In this document: one piece after another, positions 10,966 through 23,459 of the stretch
How the letters are laid out: every line of letters begins with the position of its first letter
How positions within the stretch are numbered: position 1 is the stretch's first letter
Assembly (NCBI RefSeq): GCF_036365525.1
Contig: NC_090387.1
Span: 88,577,691 to 88,641,690, forward strand
DNA from: Heterodontus francisci
Lineage: Eukaryota
Direction: 5' to 3'
DNA length: 64,000 nucleotides
Program-made: the position numbers and the translations under genes
The notes under the pieces: model-generated
What the model saw: only the letters and a program-made list of their open reading frames with translations
Told to the model about the DNA's origin: nothing
Databases searched by the model: none

Positions 10966-12146
10966 GGCTGCATTTGCTGACAACGCTACCTCTAGGTGGC
11001 GCTGCAACGGCACATGCGCAAATGCAGCATGTGCCACAAAAACGTCGCAGTCTGTGACTTCAGGCTCAAATAATCACACGAAGGCAACCAAGACTAAACA
11101 CATGGCAGCAAACAATAGCGAGAAGGAGAGAGTAAACGAGCGAGCGGCCCGGCCCGGAGTGGTGGGAGCAGAGCGGGCTGGGGAAAGAGTGGAGCGGCCG
11201 GAGAGAGCAGCGCGTGGGGGAGGGGGCGGGGGAGAGTTCAGTGGCCAAAAGAGCAGCGAGGTGGGGGTGGGGGCGGGGGAGCGGAGTGGCTGAAAGAGCG
11301 GAGCGGCCTAGTGAGCAGTGAGGTTGGGTGAGCGGAGCGCCCGATACAGCGGAGCAGCCTGAGAGAGCAGTGAGGGTTGGTGAGCAGAGCGGCCGAAAGA
11401 ACGGAGCGACTGGACAGAGCAGCGAGGCGGGGGTGGGGTGGGGAGTGGAGCAGCTGAAAGAATCACTTGATTCCTGAAAACGCATCTGGCCGCAGACGTC
11501 ATCAGGCTGCACCAATGTGTGCGGATGCGTAGACGGGCTCCTGCACTCAGCGCATGCACTGCGTTCCGACTTGCCAGGACTGGTTAGTGCATGTGCCGAT
11601 GACGTCATCGCATGACATGTGCATCTTTGGGAAACGCACCTAGTCAGCTTCTGCGCACGCGCTATACGCGTAACAGCAATGCAACGCCAACGGGTATTCA
11701 CACATGCGTCAAGCTCTGCTCACCTCTTTCAACCTCGCTGCTCTCTCCAGCCACTCCGCTACACCCCCCACCCCCCGTCCCAACCCTCACCCTCTTCCAG
11801 CCGCTCCACTCTTTCGGCCAGTCGGCTCCCCGACCCCCTCGCTTTTCTCGCCAGCCGCTCCACTCTTTTGGCCACTCCACTCTCCCTCGTTCCTGGCCCG
11901 CTACACTCCGCACCACCCCCTGGCCCCGGATTGCTTTCCCCACACCCCCCCCCCCCCTAACCCCAGGCCCCGGCCAGCTCGCTCGCTCTCTCCCTCTCAC
12001 CATTGTGTGCTGACATGTGTTTAGGTTAGGTTGCCTTTGTGTGATTGTTTGAGCAGCAGACTGTGGCCGTTTTAATGGCACATGTTGCATTTGTGCATGT
12101 GCCACTGCAGCGCTACCTCATGGTAGCGTTGTTAGCAAACGCAGCC
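10966..12146. mobile_element. About 1.18-kb foldback/MITE-like palindromic element
   Basis: 10966-11160 is the imperfect reverse complement of 11965-12146. The left arm carries GAGTGGAGCGG repeats and the right arm CCGCTCCACTC repeats. Confidence 0.75.
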
Positions 12147-12745
12147 TGCTCCAGTGAACATAAACGCAAGATCGAGGAACAGCATCACATTTACCGACTA
12201 GGCACAATACAGCCTGCCAGACTGAACACTGAGTTCAATAATTTCAGAGCTCGACGGGCCCCCCATTTTACTTTTATTTTTAGTTATTTTTTTCTTTTTT
12301 CTTTTGTTAATTTTTAAATATATTTTGTGTTTATTTTATTTTATTCATCTTAGTTTGTTCAGTTTGCTTTCCCACTGTTTTTTTCATGTTTGTACTTGTG
12401 GCTGTTCAATTTATAGTCCATTAACACCCTATCTGTACTAATGCTTTGTCTTTCAACACACCATTAACATATTGTTTGCCTTTGCTCCATGACCTTCTGA
12501 TCAGCTTTTCTGTGACCTTGTCTTATTAACACCTTCTCATTTGTTATCTTTTGCCCCACCCCTGCTTTACTTGCTTAGAACCTTTTACATTTCTAATATT
12601 TGCTCGTTCTGAAGAAGGATCACTGACCTGAAACGTTAACTCTGCTTCTCTCTCCACAGATGCTGCCAGACTTGCTGAGTATTTTCAGCATTTCTTGTTT
12701 TTATTTCAGATTTCCAGCATCCGCAGTATTTTTCTGTTATATTAC
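12147..12745 (+). mobile_element. Penelope-like element 3' fragment (GIY-YIG C-terminus plus 3' region)
   Basis: CSSEHKRKIEEQHHIYRLGTIQPARLNTEFNNF. Colinear with copies at 23460-24450 and 50245-51680. Confidence 0.85.
12606..12640 (+). ncRNA. Minimal type I hammerhead ribozyme motif
   Basis: GTT-CTGAAGA-AGGATCACTGACCT-GAAACGTT-AAC contains both core boxes, stem II and a palindromic stem III. Confidence 0.65.
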
Positions 12746-12749
12746 TGTA

Positions 12750-14545
12750 TTCAATGCCTTCACAGTTTACAAAATCTTCTCACAACTGCTTGTGCTTATT
12801 TAAAACAAACTAAAAATCCTCTTGTTTTATGGAATTATGGTAAGCAGGAAAAGAGTGAAGAGTTTTTGAACACTCAGAAGAAACTGCTTATTCTCATTTA
12901 CTCTATGATATTGAGGAATTTCAAAGTGGACTAGGAGTTTCCAAAATCTCGAATTTGCAGGACTAGACTAACACATTTCTCTATGAAATGTACTTCGCCA
13001 TTTTTGAAGAGAAAGCCAAATGAAACCTTGAAGGAAATTTAAAAAGCTTATCTCTGATCAAAGGCAATAGTTGATGATTTGTTCCACTGTCTGTGAAGGA
13101 CAAAGCAAAGCATTCATTGGCATGGGCCTGCCGAAGCAGGGAAAAGCTTTGTTTACAACATTCACATACATTGAGCTAAAGGAGTTGCCGTTTTGCCATA
13201 CGCTTCGACTGGTACAACCTCTATTCTTCTCATTGGAGGTTGAACAGCATATTCACTTCTTTAAAAAATTCCATTCGCAATTCATGAGTTTTTGACATGT
13301 TAATTGAAAATAAATGAAGTGAAGCAGAACCTATTAGTCAGCGTTTCTTATATGGGATGAAGCTCTATTGATGCCAAGATATTTTTCCTGGCGGTAGATT
13401 GTTTACCTCAAAGTTTAATAAGTAATGATCCTAGATTTGGAGGGAACATCGTTCTGCGAGGAGGTGATTTTCGACAGCTCCTACCTGTTATTTCTAGCGT
13501 ATCGAGAGGACAAATTATAGGAATTTGATTCTGATCATGGTGGAAGCAACACAATGTCAATTCAGTCCCATCATTCCACAGGTCACAGTATGTTTCTCTA
13601 ACATTTCACAGTGGCGCAGTGGTTAGCACCGAAGCCTCACAGCTCCAGCGACCTGGGTTCAATTGTGGGTACTGCCTGTGTGGAGTTTGCAAGTTCTCCC
13701 TGTGTCTGCGTGGGTTTTCTCCGGGTGCTCCGGTTTCCTCCCACAAGCCAAAAGACATGCAGGTTGATAGGTAAATTGGCCATTATAAATTGCCCCTAGT
13801 ATAGGTAGGTGGTAGGGAAATATAGGGACAGGTGGGGATGTGGTAGGAATATGGAATTAGTGCAGGTTTAGTATAAATGGTTGATGGTCGGCACAGACTC
13901 GGTGTGCTGAAGGGCCTGTTTCAGTGCTGTATCTCTAAACTAAACTAAACAAAAGCAATATATGGCCACAATTGTGGAAATTCAAAACTGAAAAATAAAT
14001 GTGAGAGTAACACCCAAACAAAAACTGTTTCAGATTGATTGTGTAAATTTAGGATGGAAAATTGTGAAAGGCAATTGAAACATCAGAGAACTGTTCTTTA
14101 TTCCGAGGAGTTAAATTGTTTTAATTTCCTATTTAGTTAAAGGATTTATGTATTTGATAAACTTTATTATTATAATGCTATTCTCTATGGTATAAAAGGA
14201 AATTTAGTTAGATGTGAGTACAAAGATTTTGGGAAAGTGCCATGTGGATTAAAAGTATACATTCGTGTTAACTCTATCGACAAAGAGGATGACAACTGTG
14301 TGTACCCCCAGAGTTTCTGCACAGTCTAATGGGCATACCAGTACAAAAGACCTGGACTCAAGGAAGGAGCACTTATAATGTTGCTACATAATTTGAATCC
14401 CAAGCAGACTTTCTCAAGGGACAGGTTTGAGAGTTTGGAAGCTGTTTCCTTCGCTGGTAGATTCTAAAATTGAAACAGCCAGAATTTAAGACAATAACAT
14501 TTTTATTCTTTGGATAATATTATTGAGGCTTTCAGTGGTAAAAAT
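12750..14545 (+). mobile_element. Helitron Rep/Hel fossil, PIF1-like helicase part 1 (frameshifted, SINE-interrupted)
   Basis: GPAEAGKSFVY (Walker A, about 13123), LIWDEA (about 13347), FGGNIVLRGGDFRQLLPVI (about 13436), LKEGALIMLLHNLNP (about 14357). Confidence 0.85.
13607..13950 (+). mobile_element. tRNA-derived V-SINE (HE1-like)
   Basis: A box TGGCGCAGTGG, B-box-like GGGTTCAATT, central GTGTGGAGTTTGC...GGTTTCCTCCCAC domain, CR1-like tail, (CTAAA)n end. Confidence 0.88.
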
Positions 14546-14549
14546 TGCT

Positions 14550-17295
14550 TTCCATTTCAGGGGAAAACTGTGACTCCAGGCACAGAGAAATGTGGTTGGC
14601 TGATAAACTGCCCTCTGTAATGGCCTAGCAAGCCACTGAGTTATATCATACCACAACAGGAAAGTCGAATAATAATAAAACTAGCTGAGTCATCCTAGAT
14701 GAATCTAGGGATAAGAGTCCATAAAGACACAGCTGCCTAGTCGACACTTCCAAGTCCTCCTCAATGGCATCTAGGGACTTGTACCAAAAATTTCGAGAGC
14801 TCTCCACAGGCAACTCAGATGACAGCCTGACATAGTCATACTCAACGAATTACTATCGTGCGTATGTTCTATCGCACCAGCAGGATAGATCCAGCAGAGG
14901 TCGTGGCAGATTGGCATATGGTTTGGGGAAATTGGCCCTGCGACCTCTTAGCATTAAATCCGGCTCCCATGTAGTCTGATGGTACAGGTTAAATATGGAC
15001 AAGAAAAACTGCTGCTGATTAGCAACTACTAGCCTCCCTCAGCTGATGCATCAGTGCTCATTCATGTTCAACCCCACTTAGAACAAATACTGAGATTAGC
15101 AAGGGCACAAATTGTATTTTGAGTGGAGGACATAAAATTCCATCATCAATAGTGGCTCTGTAGCACCACTACCAATCACACAGGCTGAATTCAGAAAGAT
15201 ATATCTACCAGACAGGGCCTGTGGGAGGGCGTGTGTGAACCAACACGTGGGGAAAACCCACTTGTACTCTCCCTCACCAATCTACCACGTGCAACTGCAT
15301 CTGCCCATGCCAGAATTTGTAGAAGAGACCACCACACACTCCTTTTTCAGACATAGTCCTGCGTTCACAATAAAGAACGTCAGCATTTGGTTGTGTGGCA
15401 CTACTGTCGTGCAAAATGGAGCAGACTTAGAATAGATATAGCAGCTAAAAGCTGGATATCCAGGAGACACTGTGGGTCATCATCAACAGCAGAATTGAAT
15501 TCACTCATAATCTGTAACCTCATGGGCCAGCACTCTACCATTACCATTAAGTTAGGAGGTGAACCCTGGTTCAATGAGAAGTGTACAAGAGAATGTCTAT
15601 AGTAGCAACTGGCATACCTAAAAATGAGGTATCAACCTGGTGAAGCTGCAACACAGGACTACATGCATGCTAAACAGAAGAAGCAGCATGTGATAGACAG
15701 AAATAAGTGGCCCTACAATCAATAGATCAGCTCAAAGCCCTGTCACATCTAAACTTATTTGATGGTGAAAAATTAAACAACGAGCAGCAAGAGGAGAACG
15801 CTCCACAAAAATCTTCATCTTCGATGATAGAGTAGTCCAGCACATAAGTGCAAAGGGCCAGGCTGAAGCATTTGCAACCATTTTCACCTGGAGCTGCCGT
15901 GTGGATGATCCATATCGGATCTTTCCTGAGATCTAAACCATCATTGTTGCCAGTCTTCAGGCAACTCTATTCACACCAGGTAATAATAAGAAGTAGTTGA
16001 AGGCACTGGATAAAGCAAAGGTTGTCGTGCCGGATAGCATGCCGGCTGTAGTACTGAAGACTTGTGCTGCAGAAGCAGCTCGACGTGAGCTAAATCGTTT
16101 CACTATAGCTATAACACAAGCATCTGCCCGAAAATATAGAAATTGCATAGGTATATCCTGCCCACAAAAAGCAGGAAAAATCTAATCAAAGCAGATACCG
16201 CCCTCTCAGTCTACTCTTAACCATCAGCAACGTAAAGGAAAGTGTCATCAACAGTGCAATCAAGCGACATTTACTCAGAAACAAACTACTCACTGATGCT
16301 ATGTTTGGATTCTGCCAGGGGCACCGTGGTCAAGACTTTATTACAAACTTCGTCCCAACATGGAAAAAGAGCTGCATTCCAGAGGCGAGGTGAAAGTGAC
16401 TGCCTCTGAGATCAAACGCAGTTAATTCCAGGAATGGCATCAAACAGCTCTAGCAAATTTTGAGTCAATGCAAATCAGGGAGAAAACGGTCCACTGCTTG
16501 GAGTCAAACCAAGCACTCAGGAATATGTCTATGGTTGTTGGAGGCGAGTCATTTCATACCAGGACATTATAGTAGCAGTCTATGCCTGTATGCAGCAAGC
16601 CCTGAATGACATTCAGAGTTGGTATGATAAATGACAAGTAACACTCACACCGCACCAGTGGCGACCAATGACCATCCCTTGCAAGCGAGAATCGAATAAT
16701 CTCCCCATGACATTCAACAGCATTCCATCGGGGAGGTTTCCAGCATCACCATCCTGGGGGTTAGCGTTGATCAGAAACGTAACTGGACCAGATATATAAA
16801 TACTGCAGCCAAATGAGCAGGGCAGACGTTCGCGATGCTGTGGCGAGTTATTCACCTCTTGACTCCCCAAAGCCGGTCCACCATCTACAAGACTCAAGTC
16901 AGGAATGTGATGTAATACTTAGCACTTACATGAATGAGTGCACTCAAGAAGCTCAGCATCATCAAGGCAAAGCAGCCCACTTAATCGGCACCCCATCTAC
17001 CACCAGCATTGCACAGTGACAGCAGTGTGTTCCACCTACAAGTTGCAGTTCAGTAACTCACCAAGCCTACTTCAATAGTACCTTGCAAGACGGCAACCTC
17101 TCTCAGCTATATGAGCAAGCCTCGCAGACGGATAAGAACAAAACCAAATAACACACCATCCTGACCTGCAACTATATAGTAGATTTACCTACACAGAATT
17201 GAGTGCAGAGGTTCAAGAAGGTGGCTTACTACAATCTTCTCAAGGGCAATTGGTTATGAATAATAAATGCTGGTCTTGCCAGTGACGCTCACCTC
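14550..17295 (+). mobile_element. Old non-LTR retrotransposon, second family (CR1/L2 superclade), heavily decayed
   Basis: Fragments EPWFNEKC, KALDKAK..PD.MPAVVLKTCA, R.LSLL and W..TL.P..W. Related copies at 20880-22190, 52580-58150 and 61920-62835. Confidence 0.75.
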
Positions 17296-17309
17296 TCAAA
17301 AACGTACAA

Positions 17310-17525
17310 GAAAGGTTCGCAATTAGGCTTTCATATCCTATGACTGTAAAAAAATTCACAAGGCCAGAATTTTGACAAAAATTGTATTTATATTCCGAAG
17401 CCTCTTTTTTACATGTGGGCGGCATTATGTAGATTTTGCGTGAGTGAGAAGTTTTGATTCTGTTAAAGTCTTTGGTGAAAAAATAACCAGAAATCCTGGG
17501 TTTAAAGATATACTGTTCCAATAAA
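17310..17525 (+). mobile_element. Helitron helicase fossil part 2 (C-terminal motifs)
   Basis: IRLSYPMTVK/SQGQNFDK.CIYIPKPLFTCGRHYV matches the PIF1/Helitron consensus AMTINKSQGQT...PVFSHGQLYVA.SRV. Confidence 0.8.
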
Positions 17526-19029
17526 TATATTAATTTCAACTTAATGTGTTGCAACACTCTGCTAGCTTGTTTTATTGCCGGCACTGATATGAAAGCCTAT
17601 GCAATTTTGGAAATGCAGCTGCTTGAGATGCATTTAGAGTATAAATCGCATGCCTGAACAAGGACTTAAATACCTACAGTTTACATAGTGAGGGATATTT
17701 AAAGAGATACATATGATTAATCCTTGACCTAGATTCGTTGGTTGTGACAAGGTGTGGGTCAAGTTGCAGGTTTGTAAACCCCCAGGCTCAAAGAAGCAGA
17801 AAAGTAAAACGATTCCATTACCCAAGATGCGACATAGAGATAAAGGAGGCATAAAAATCTTACGTGCAGAAGCGCAAAGCAGAGTAAGAGAAATGATTGA
17901 AGGGATCTATAAGTTCAGGTGGTCAAGAAGGAGAAGTATAAGGGGGAATGCATTTCTAACGAAAGATGTGAAGGTAGAAAAAAACAATAGAACAAGTTCC
18001 TGAGTAAGTAATGGCAAACGCTGGCTGAAGCCTAACGCAAGCCTTGCTATTGAAACGAAGACTGAGGGTAGGAAAGTAGTGAACGAGAAGGGACAAGGCG
18101 TGCTACCCCGTCCAGTATCCTTACAGTTAACATATGATCTTTTTGGAACTGCAAATTACAGCCTAAACCCTTAAATGTGTCGATCTCTGCTTTGTGACAT
18201 TTTCTCGTCAAGTCTGTGTCCCTTTCACAAAAGTAAAATTACAATTATTGCTGACGTTTTATATTCAGGTGTTTACTGTAGAACAATTTGTTTTTGGTGA
18301 AGTCTTTCAGTCCAACAATTGCGCGTTCAGATGTCCAAGCGATACAAAATAAAATGCAGGTTGTTTGAACTGAGAACTTAATTGAGGCGATTGAGTCATA
18401 AGCACGTGATTGCGAGAATGCCAAAAGCCCCAGTATAATAACTCGGTCAATAACAAGGATGCTATGGTTTGGAGTCTTTTTTTTTTTTGGATCTACTATA
18501 CAATGCGATGCTTGTTCAAACTGGTCCGTTTTAATTATTTTCTTTGCTCGTAGTTGGCTATGGCTACAACCTGAGTGTACTGCGCTGGAAGAGCTGAAAA
18601 TGTACAGTAGGTGGCACAGTGTGCAATATATTAACTATCTACGCTATGCTGCCAACTCAACCTATTGCAAGTTGGGCATAAGCTCAGCCTATTCTTCATA
18701 ATACTATGCAAAGCGAATCCTCTGGGGATAATTACATATTTTGTCAATGGTGCAAAAGAAATGGGAAAAGGTCTTCCGCTCATTATACATCTCACCATGC
18801 TTCTTTTGCAATGTATCATACATACTGTATCATTTCTAAATCTTAAAGTTAACTCATCTGTTTCTCTAATGTTGTCCTTTAACCTGTGTCCCGGCCATTT
18901 CCTCCACCATCAGGGGAAAATTGGTCTTTTTCCTGTGCTGCGAGTGTCAGTGATGTTATCTGAAAGCACGATACAAGATTGTACGCTGACAATACCGCCC
19001 TCTATATCACCATCACTTCTCTTAACACC

Positions 19030-19920
19030 TCCATACTCTCTGTTCTGTAAATGGTTTGTCCGACATCCAGTATCTGAAGAGCTGTAATTTTCTCCAAATA
19101 AATATTGGGAGGACTGAAACTATTGTGTTTGGTCCCAGCTACAAGGTCTGCCTCCTAGCTACAAATTCAATATTTCTCCCTGGCCAATGTCTGAGGCTGA
19201 GCCAGACATTTTCCAACCTTGCAATCCTATTCGACGATGAGTTGAGTTTCTATCACGGTAAACTCGCAATCAGAAAAGCCAGCTACTTCATCCTCCATCG
19301 CTTCACATGTCTCTGGCCCTGCATTAGCAAATCTGCTGCTGAAGACTTCATTTCTGCCTTGTTACATTTAAATCGACTGCTTTGATGCTATTCTAGCCAG
19401 CCTGCCTCATTGCACTCTCCAACAAAATGACTATATCCAAATATCTGCTCGCCTGCAACGAACTGCTGATAATTCCTGTTCGCCATCTCCCCTTTATTCA
19501 CTTACCTACATTGGCTTATGGACCAGCGGCAACCAGATTTTAAGATCCTCATCCTTGCTTTCAAATCCATCCATGGCCTCAGCTCTCTTTATCTCTGTAA
19601 CCTGCCTCATCTGCGGGATCTCTGGACTTCTCCAATATTGGCTGTTTGTAAATGAGCCATTTAAATTTCTCTACCTTTGCCGAACATTCTTCATGTGCCT
19701 AGAACATAAACCATGGAATGACCAGCCAACAGGTCCCCGCCTTTCCACCTCAAGCTCCTTCCTAATATAATACACTCCATAAAATCTATCCCTTTGGCCA
19801 AGCTTTTGCTCATGTGTTCTATTATTCCTTATTGGACTCGGTGTCAAATCCTGTGGATAGGTATCCTTCATTGTGTCTTGGGACTTTTCATTAATTTAAA
19901 GGAACTATATTCCTGGAAGT
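19030..19920 (+). mobile_element. L2 LINE 3' fragment
   Basis: LSDIQY...NFLQINIGRTETIVFG and LHWL...DFKILIL are typical L2 ORF2 C-terminal motifs. Confidence 0.75.
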
Positions 19921-19999
19921 TCTTGTTGCGACGCTGAATGGTGGTGTGATTGCACCACTTTCAAAATTTTGTACGTACCTACCTGGTGAAATTTCACCC

Positions 20000-20743
20000 C
20001 CTGCTATGTGAGGCAATAGAGACACTGTTTGTGCTTTCAGACGGTCCCTGATTTGGGGCTTGGGGATTCCACGTGGAAGTTAAACCCAGGTGAGACAAAA
20101 AAAATCTTCTGATTGAAAACAAACAGCTTTATTTTTCAAAAAAAACACGAAGGACTGGAAGGTGTTGGTTTCTCTTTCAAGAAAACTCTACAGAGTGTTA
20201 CGTCAGCCTAAAAGATCTGGGTGTGGTTTTCAAAGAAGGCTTTCAGAATCGTGACTATCAACAGTGGTTGTTGAGGGAAGCCTTACTGTGGACTGATCAT
20301 TGGTTGTCCATGATACTGCACCATCAGGACGGTAGTGGGCAAGGCCAAGGTTGGTCATGAGGTGGCAATACTGAATTCTTAAAGGAGTGATTGCATCACT
20401 CGCTATCAACTGAGCATAATTACTTATATATCTGCAACCTTGAGAGCAGCACTTTGCAACCTACTGGACCTTGTTGTTCTTTGGCTGATGAGACATTCCA
20501 GAGGATCTGTGAGAACTTTCCTTTATGCATTTGCTGGTGATCGTATGAAGTTTGAGATAGTTATATTGACCAGTATTTAAATATTAGTTCGTGCTGAAAT
20601 TATTTTATGTTTCGGTTGAATGTTAAAGTAAAATTTAGAAAAGTGAAATCTTGTCCGTTAGGATCTTAGCTTCTCCAAATTGGCGTCAACCGGTAGATTT
20701 GATTTTTTTTTTCTTGTTAGTGGTCTCCACGGGGTTCGAAACA
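20000..20743 (+). mobile_element. Possible solo LTR remnant
   Basis: Non-coding block ending ...GGGGTTCGAAACA with LTR-like composition. Boundaries uncertain. Confidence 0.25.
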
Positions 20744-20879
20744 ATTACCCCATTTCATGAAAAGCGTTTAGCTCCTCAATGAGGTATGTGAAGTAAAACC
20801 TTAATAATGCAGACCACCACCTCGCTTTCTTGTAGCCTTCTTTGTTCTGCAATCATTACTTTGAGGGTACCCTTCATCG

Positions 20880-22190
20880 TGTGGTGTGGCACGACAAGCA
20901 CGCTGAATCAGATAGCTTTCAAACAGATCTAGCGACTCAAGACTGGCCATCCATGAGGCACTGTGGGCCATCAGCAGCAGAAGAATAGTACTCAACCACA
21001 ATCTGTAAACTCACTGTACCATTACCATCAATCCAGAGGATCAACCCTAACTCAATGATGAGTGCATGAGGGCATGACAAAAGCAGCACCTGGCATATCT
21101 AAAATTGAGGTGTGAACGTGGTAAATCTGCGACACAAGATTACTTACATGCCAAATAGCGTAAGCAGCAAGCGATAGATAGAGCTAAGAGATCTCACAAC
21201 CAACAGATCAGATCTAAGCTCTGCAGTCCTGCAACGTCCAATTGTCAATAGTGGTGAACAATTAACTGGAGGAGGGGCTTCCACAAATATCCCCATCCTC
21301 AATGATGGGGGAGCCCAGCACATTAGAGCAAAAGTTAAGTCTGAAGTATTTGCAACAATCTTCAGCCAGAAATGCTGAATGGATGATCCATCCCAGTCTC
21401 CTCCTGAAGTCCGCAGTTTCACAGATGCCAATGTTCAGCCAATGCAATCCACTCCACCTGATCTAAAGAAACGACTGCAGACATGGGATACTGCAAATGC
21501 TTTGGGCCCTGACAACATTCCGACAATAGTACTGAAGACTTGTGCTCAAGTACTTGCTGTGCCCATAGCCAAGTTGATCCAGTGCAGCTACAGCGCTGGC
21601 ATCTACCTGGCAATGTGGAAACTTGGCCAGATATGCCCTGTACACACAAGGCAAGGCAAGGCAAATCCATCCCAGCCAATTGCCACCCCATCAGTCTACT
21701 CGTGATCATCAGTATAGCACTGGAATGGGTCACCAACAGTGTGATTAAGTGACAGTTGCTAGCAATAACCAGATCATTGACGCTCACTTTGGGTTCCACC
21801 AGGGACACTCAACTCCTGACGTCATTACAGCCTTGGTGAAAACATGGGCAAAGGAGCTGAATTCGAGAGAGAAGCTGAGAGTGACTGCCCTTGACATCAA
21901 TGGAGCATTTGACAGAGTATAGGATCAAGGAGCCCTAGGAAAACTGGAGTCAATGAGAATCAAGGGGAAAGCCCTGCGCTATTTGGAATCATATCTGGCA
22001 CGACGGAAGATGGTTGTGGCTGTTGGAGGTCAACCATCTCAGCCCAGGACATCATTGCAGGAGTTCCCCAGCGTAGTATCCTTGGCCCAGCCATATTCAA
22101 CTGCTTGGTCAAGGACCTTCCTTCCAATATAAGGTCAGAAGTTAGGATATTCGCAAATGAATGCAGCGTATTCAGCACCATCCACGACTT
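20880..22190 (+). mobile_element. Second-family non-LTR retrotransposon fragment (RT region)
   Basis: ALGPDNIPTIVLKTCA, HPISLL, ALDINGAFD and GVPQRSILGP..FN motifs. Confidence 0.82.
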
Positions 22191-22279
22191 CAAGGTTGTA
22201 GTAGTGTGGGGCATGGCATTAATCAGGAGATTAGAGAAGCATCTAGCGTCTGCACATAGACTAGTTATACCTCATGAGC

Positions 22280-23400
22280 AAAAATGCTGTGGAGGACGAG
22301 TTTCTGGAAGGTGTTAGGGATGGTTTTGTAGAGCAGTGTGTTGAGGAACCAACTAGGTAGCAGGCTATTGTAGATCCAGTATTATGTAATCAGAAAGGCC
22401 GAATTAATCATCTTTTTTGCAAAAGAACATTTAAGGATGAGTGTCCACATTATGATATAATTTTACATTATGTTTGAAAGTGAAGTAGTTAAATCTGAAG
22501 CCAGAGTGTTAACTTTGAACAACGGAAATTATGAAGGTATGAGGGTGTTGGAGAAATTTTTCTGAGCTTTGCTAATTATTACTTAACTTTGTAGAAGCAG
22601 AAAAGCAGGACACAGCTTGTAGCTAATCTAACCACAACCAACGGTCATAAATTGTAGACAGAGCAGCTAACCACAATCAGACGTTACGGCCAGATATGGT
22701 GTCTGGAGTGGGCATTGAATTAAGGAACTAGCTTGTTATTGTTGAAACTGATGTTTTGCTGACCTCGGACTCTGCATGGTGCACAGTCAAGTAGGCGGTC
22801 TTGTGATGATCTTGTGGGCGTTTATCTAATTGTGAAATTGTTAGCTCTGCCTCTGTTATACTATATAAATCCACGGTGATCTGTAGCTCTTTGGGAGTAG
22901 CACTGGACCGCCTTTAGGTAAGGTGTGCTACCCCATGATATCATGCAATAAAGTGTTTGATTCTCAACGTCTGAGTCCGGAGAATTTGTTCAACAATTGG
23001 GCACAATCTGGATTTTCTCCAACAGTGGGGCAAATTAGCTGAAGTGGTTTGGGAAAAAGAAACATTAAAAGGTATGACAGGACTTAGGCAATGGATAGAT
23101 TTTAAAGAAACATTACATAGTTTACAGCAACTATACATTTCATCAAAGCAGAAAAAACCCAAAAGTAAAGGCAGTCAACAATGGATAACAAAGGAAGTTA
23201 ACAATTGCATAAGATTGAAAGAAAGGTCAGATAAAGTTGCCAGAAATAGTATTAAACATGTCGATTGGGAGGATTTTGGAAGACAGCAAAGGAGTACGAA
23301 AAAACTGATAAATAAAGGGAGAATAGAATAAAATGTAAGCTAGCAAAATATATATATATATAAATTGATTAACTGGAAATATTAAGAAAAATATTTGTAG
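22280..23400 (+). mobile_element. CR1 fragment (endonuclease/linker) split by a solo LTR
   Basis: FLE..RDGFVEQ.VEEPTR, GNYEGMR and WITKEV motifs on either side of 22546-23024. Confidence 0.75.
22546..23024 (+). mobile_element. Solo LTR (479 bp)
   Basis: TGTTGGAGAAA...TTTCTCCAACA terminal inverted repeat, TATA box (TATATAAA at about 22862), AATAAA at 22947, TSD GAGGG/GTGGG with 1 mismatch. Confidence 0.8.
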
Positions 23401-23459
23401 ATGAGAGCTGTGTTACAGAAAAAAGAAAACATTTGAGTTAGCTATTTTCTCAAATTTTG

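Noticed and set aside
10964-12105. Several 100-211 aa Pro/Gly/Arg-rich ORFs
   Set aside because: They arise from low-complexity GC-rich repeats of the foldback element and show no domain signature.
13607-13680. tRNA gene
   Set aside because: It is the tRNA-derived head of a SINE, present in several copies and without a complete cloverleaf.
18459-19087. Hydrophobic ORFs of 80-140 aa
   Set aside because: No recognisable motifs or supporting splice structure. They overlap AT-rich or L2-derived sequence.
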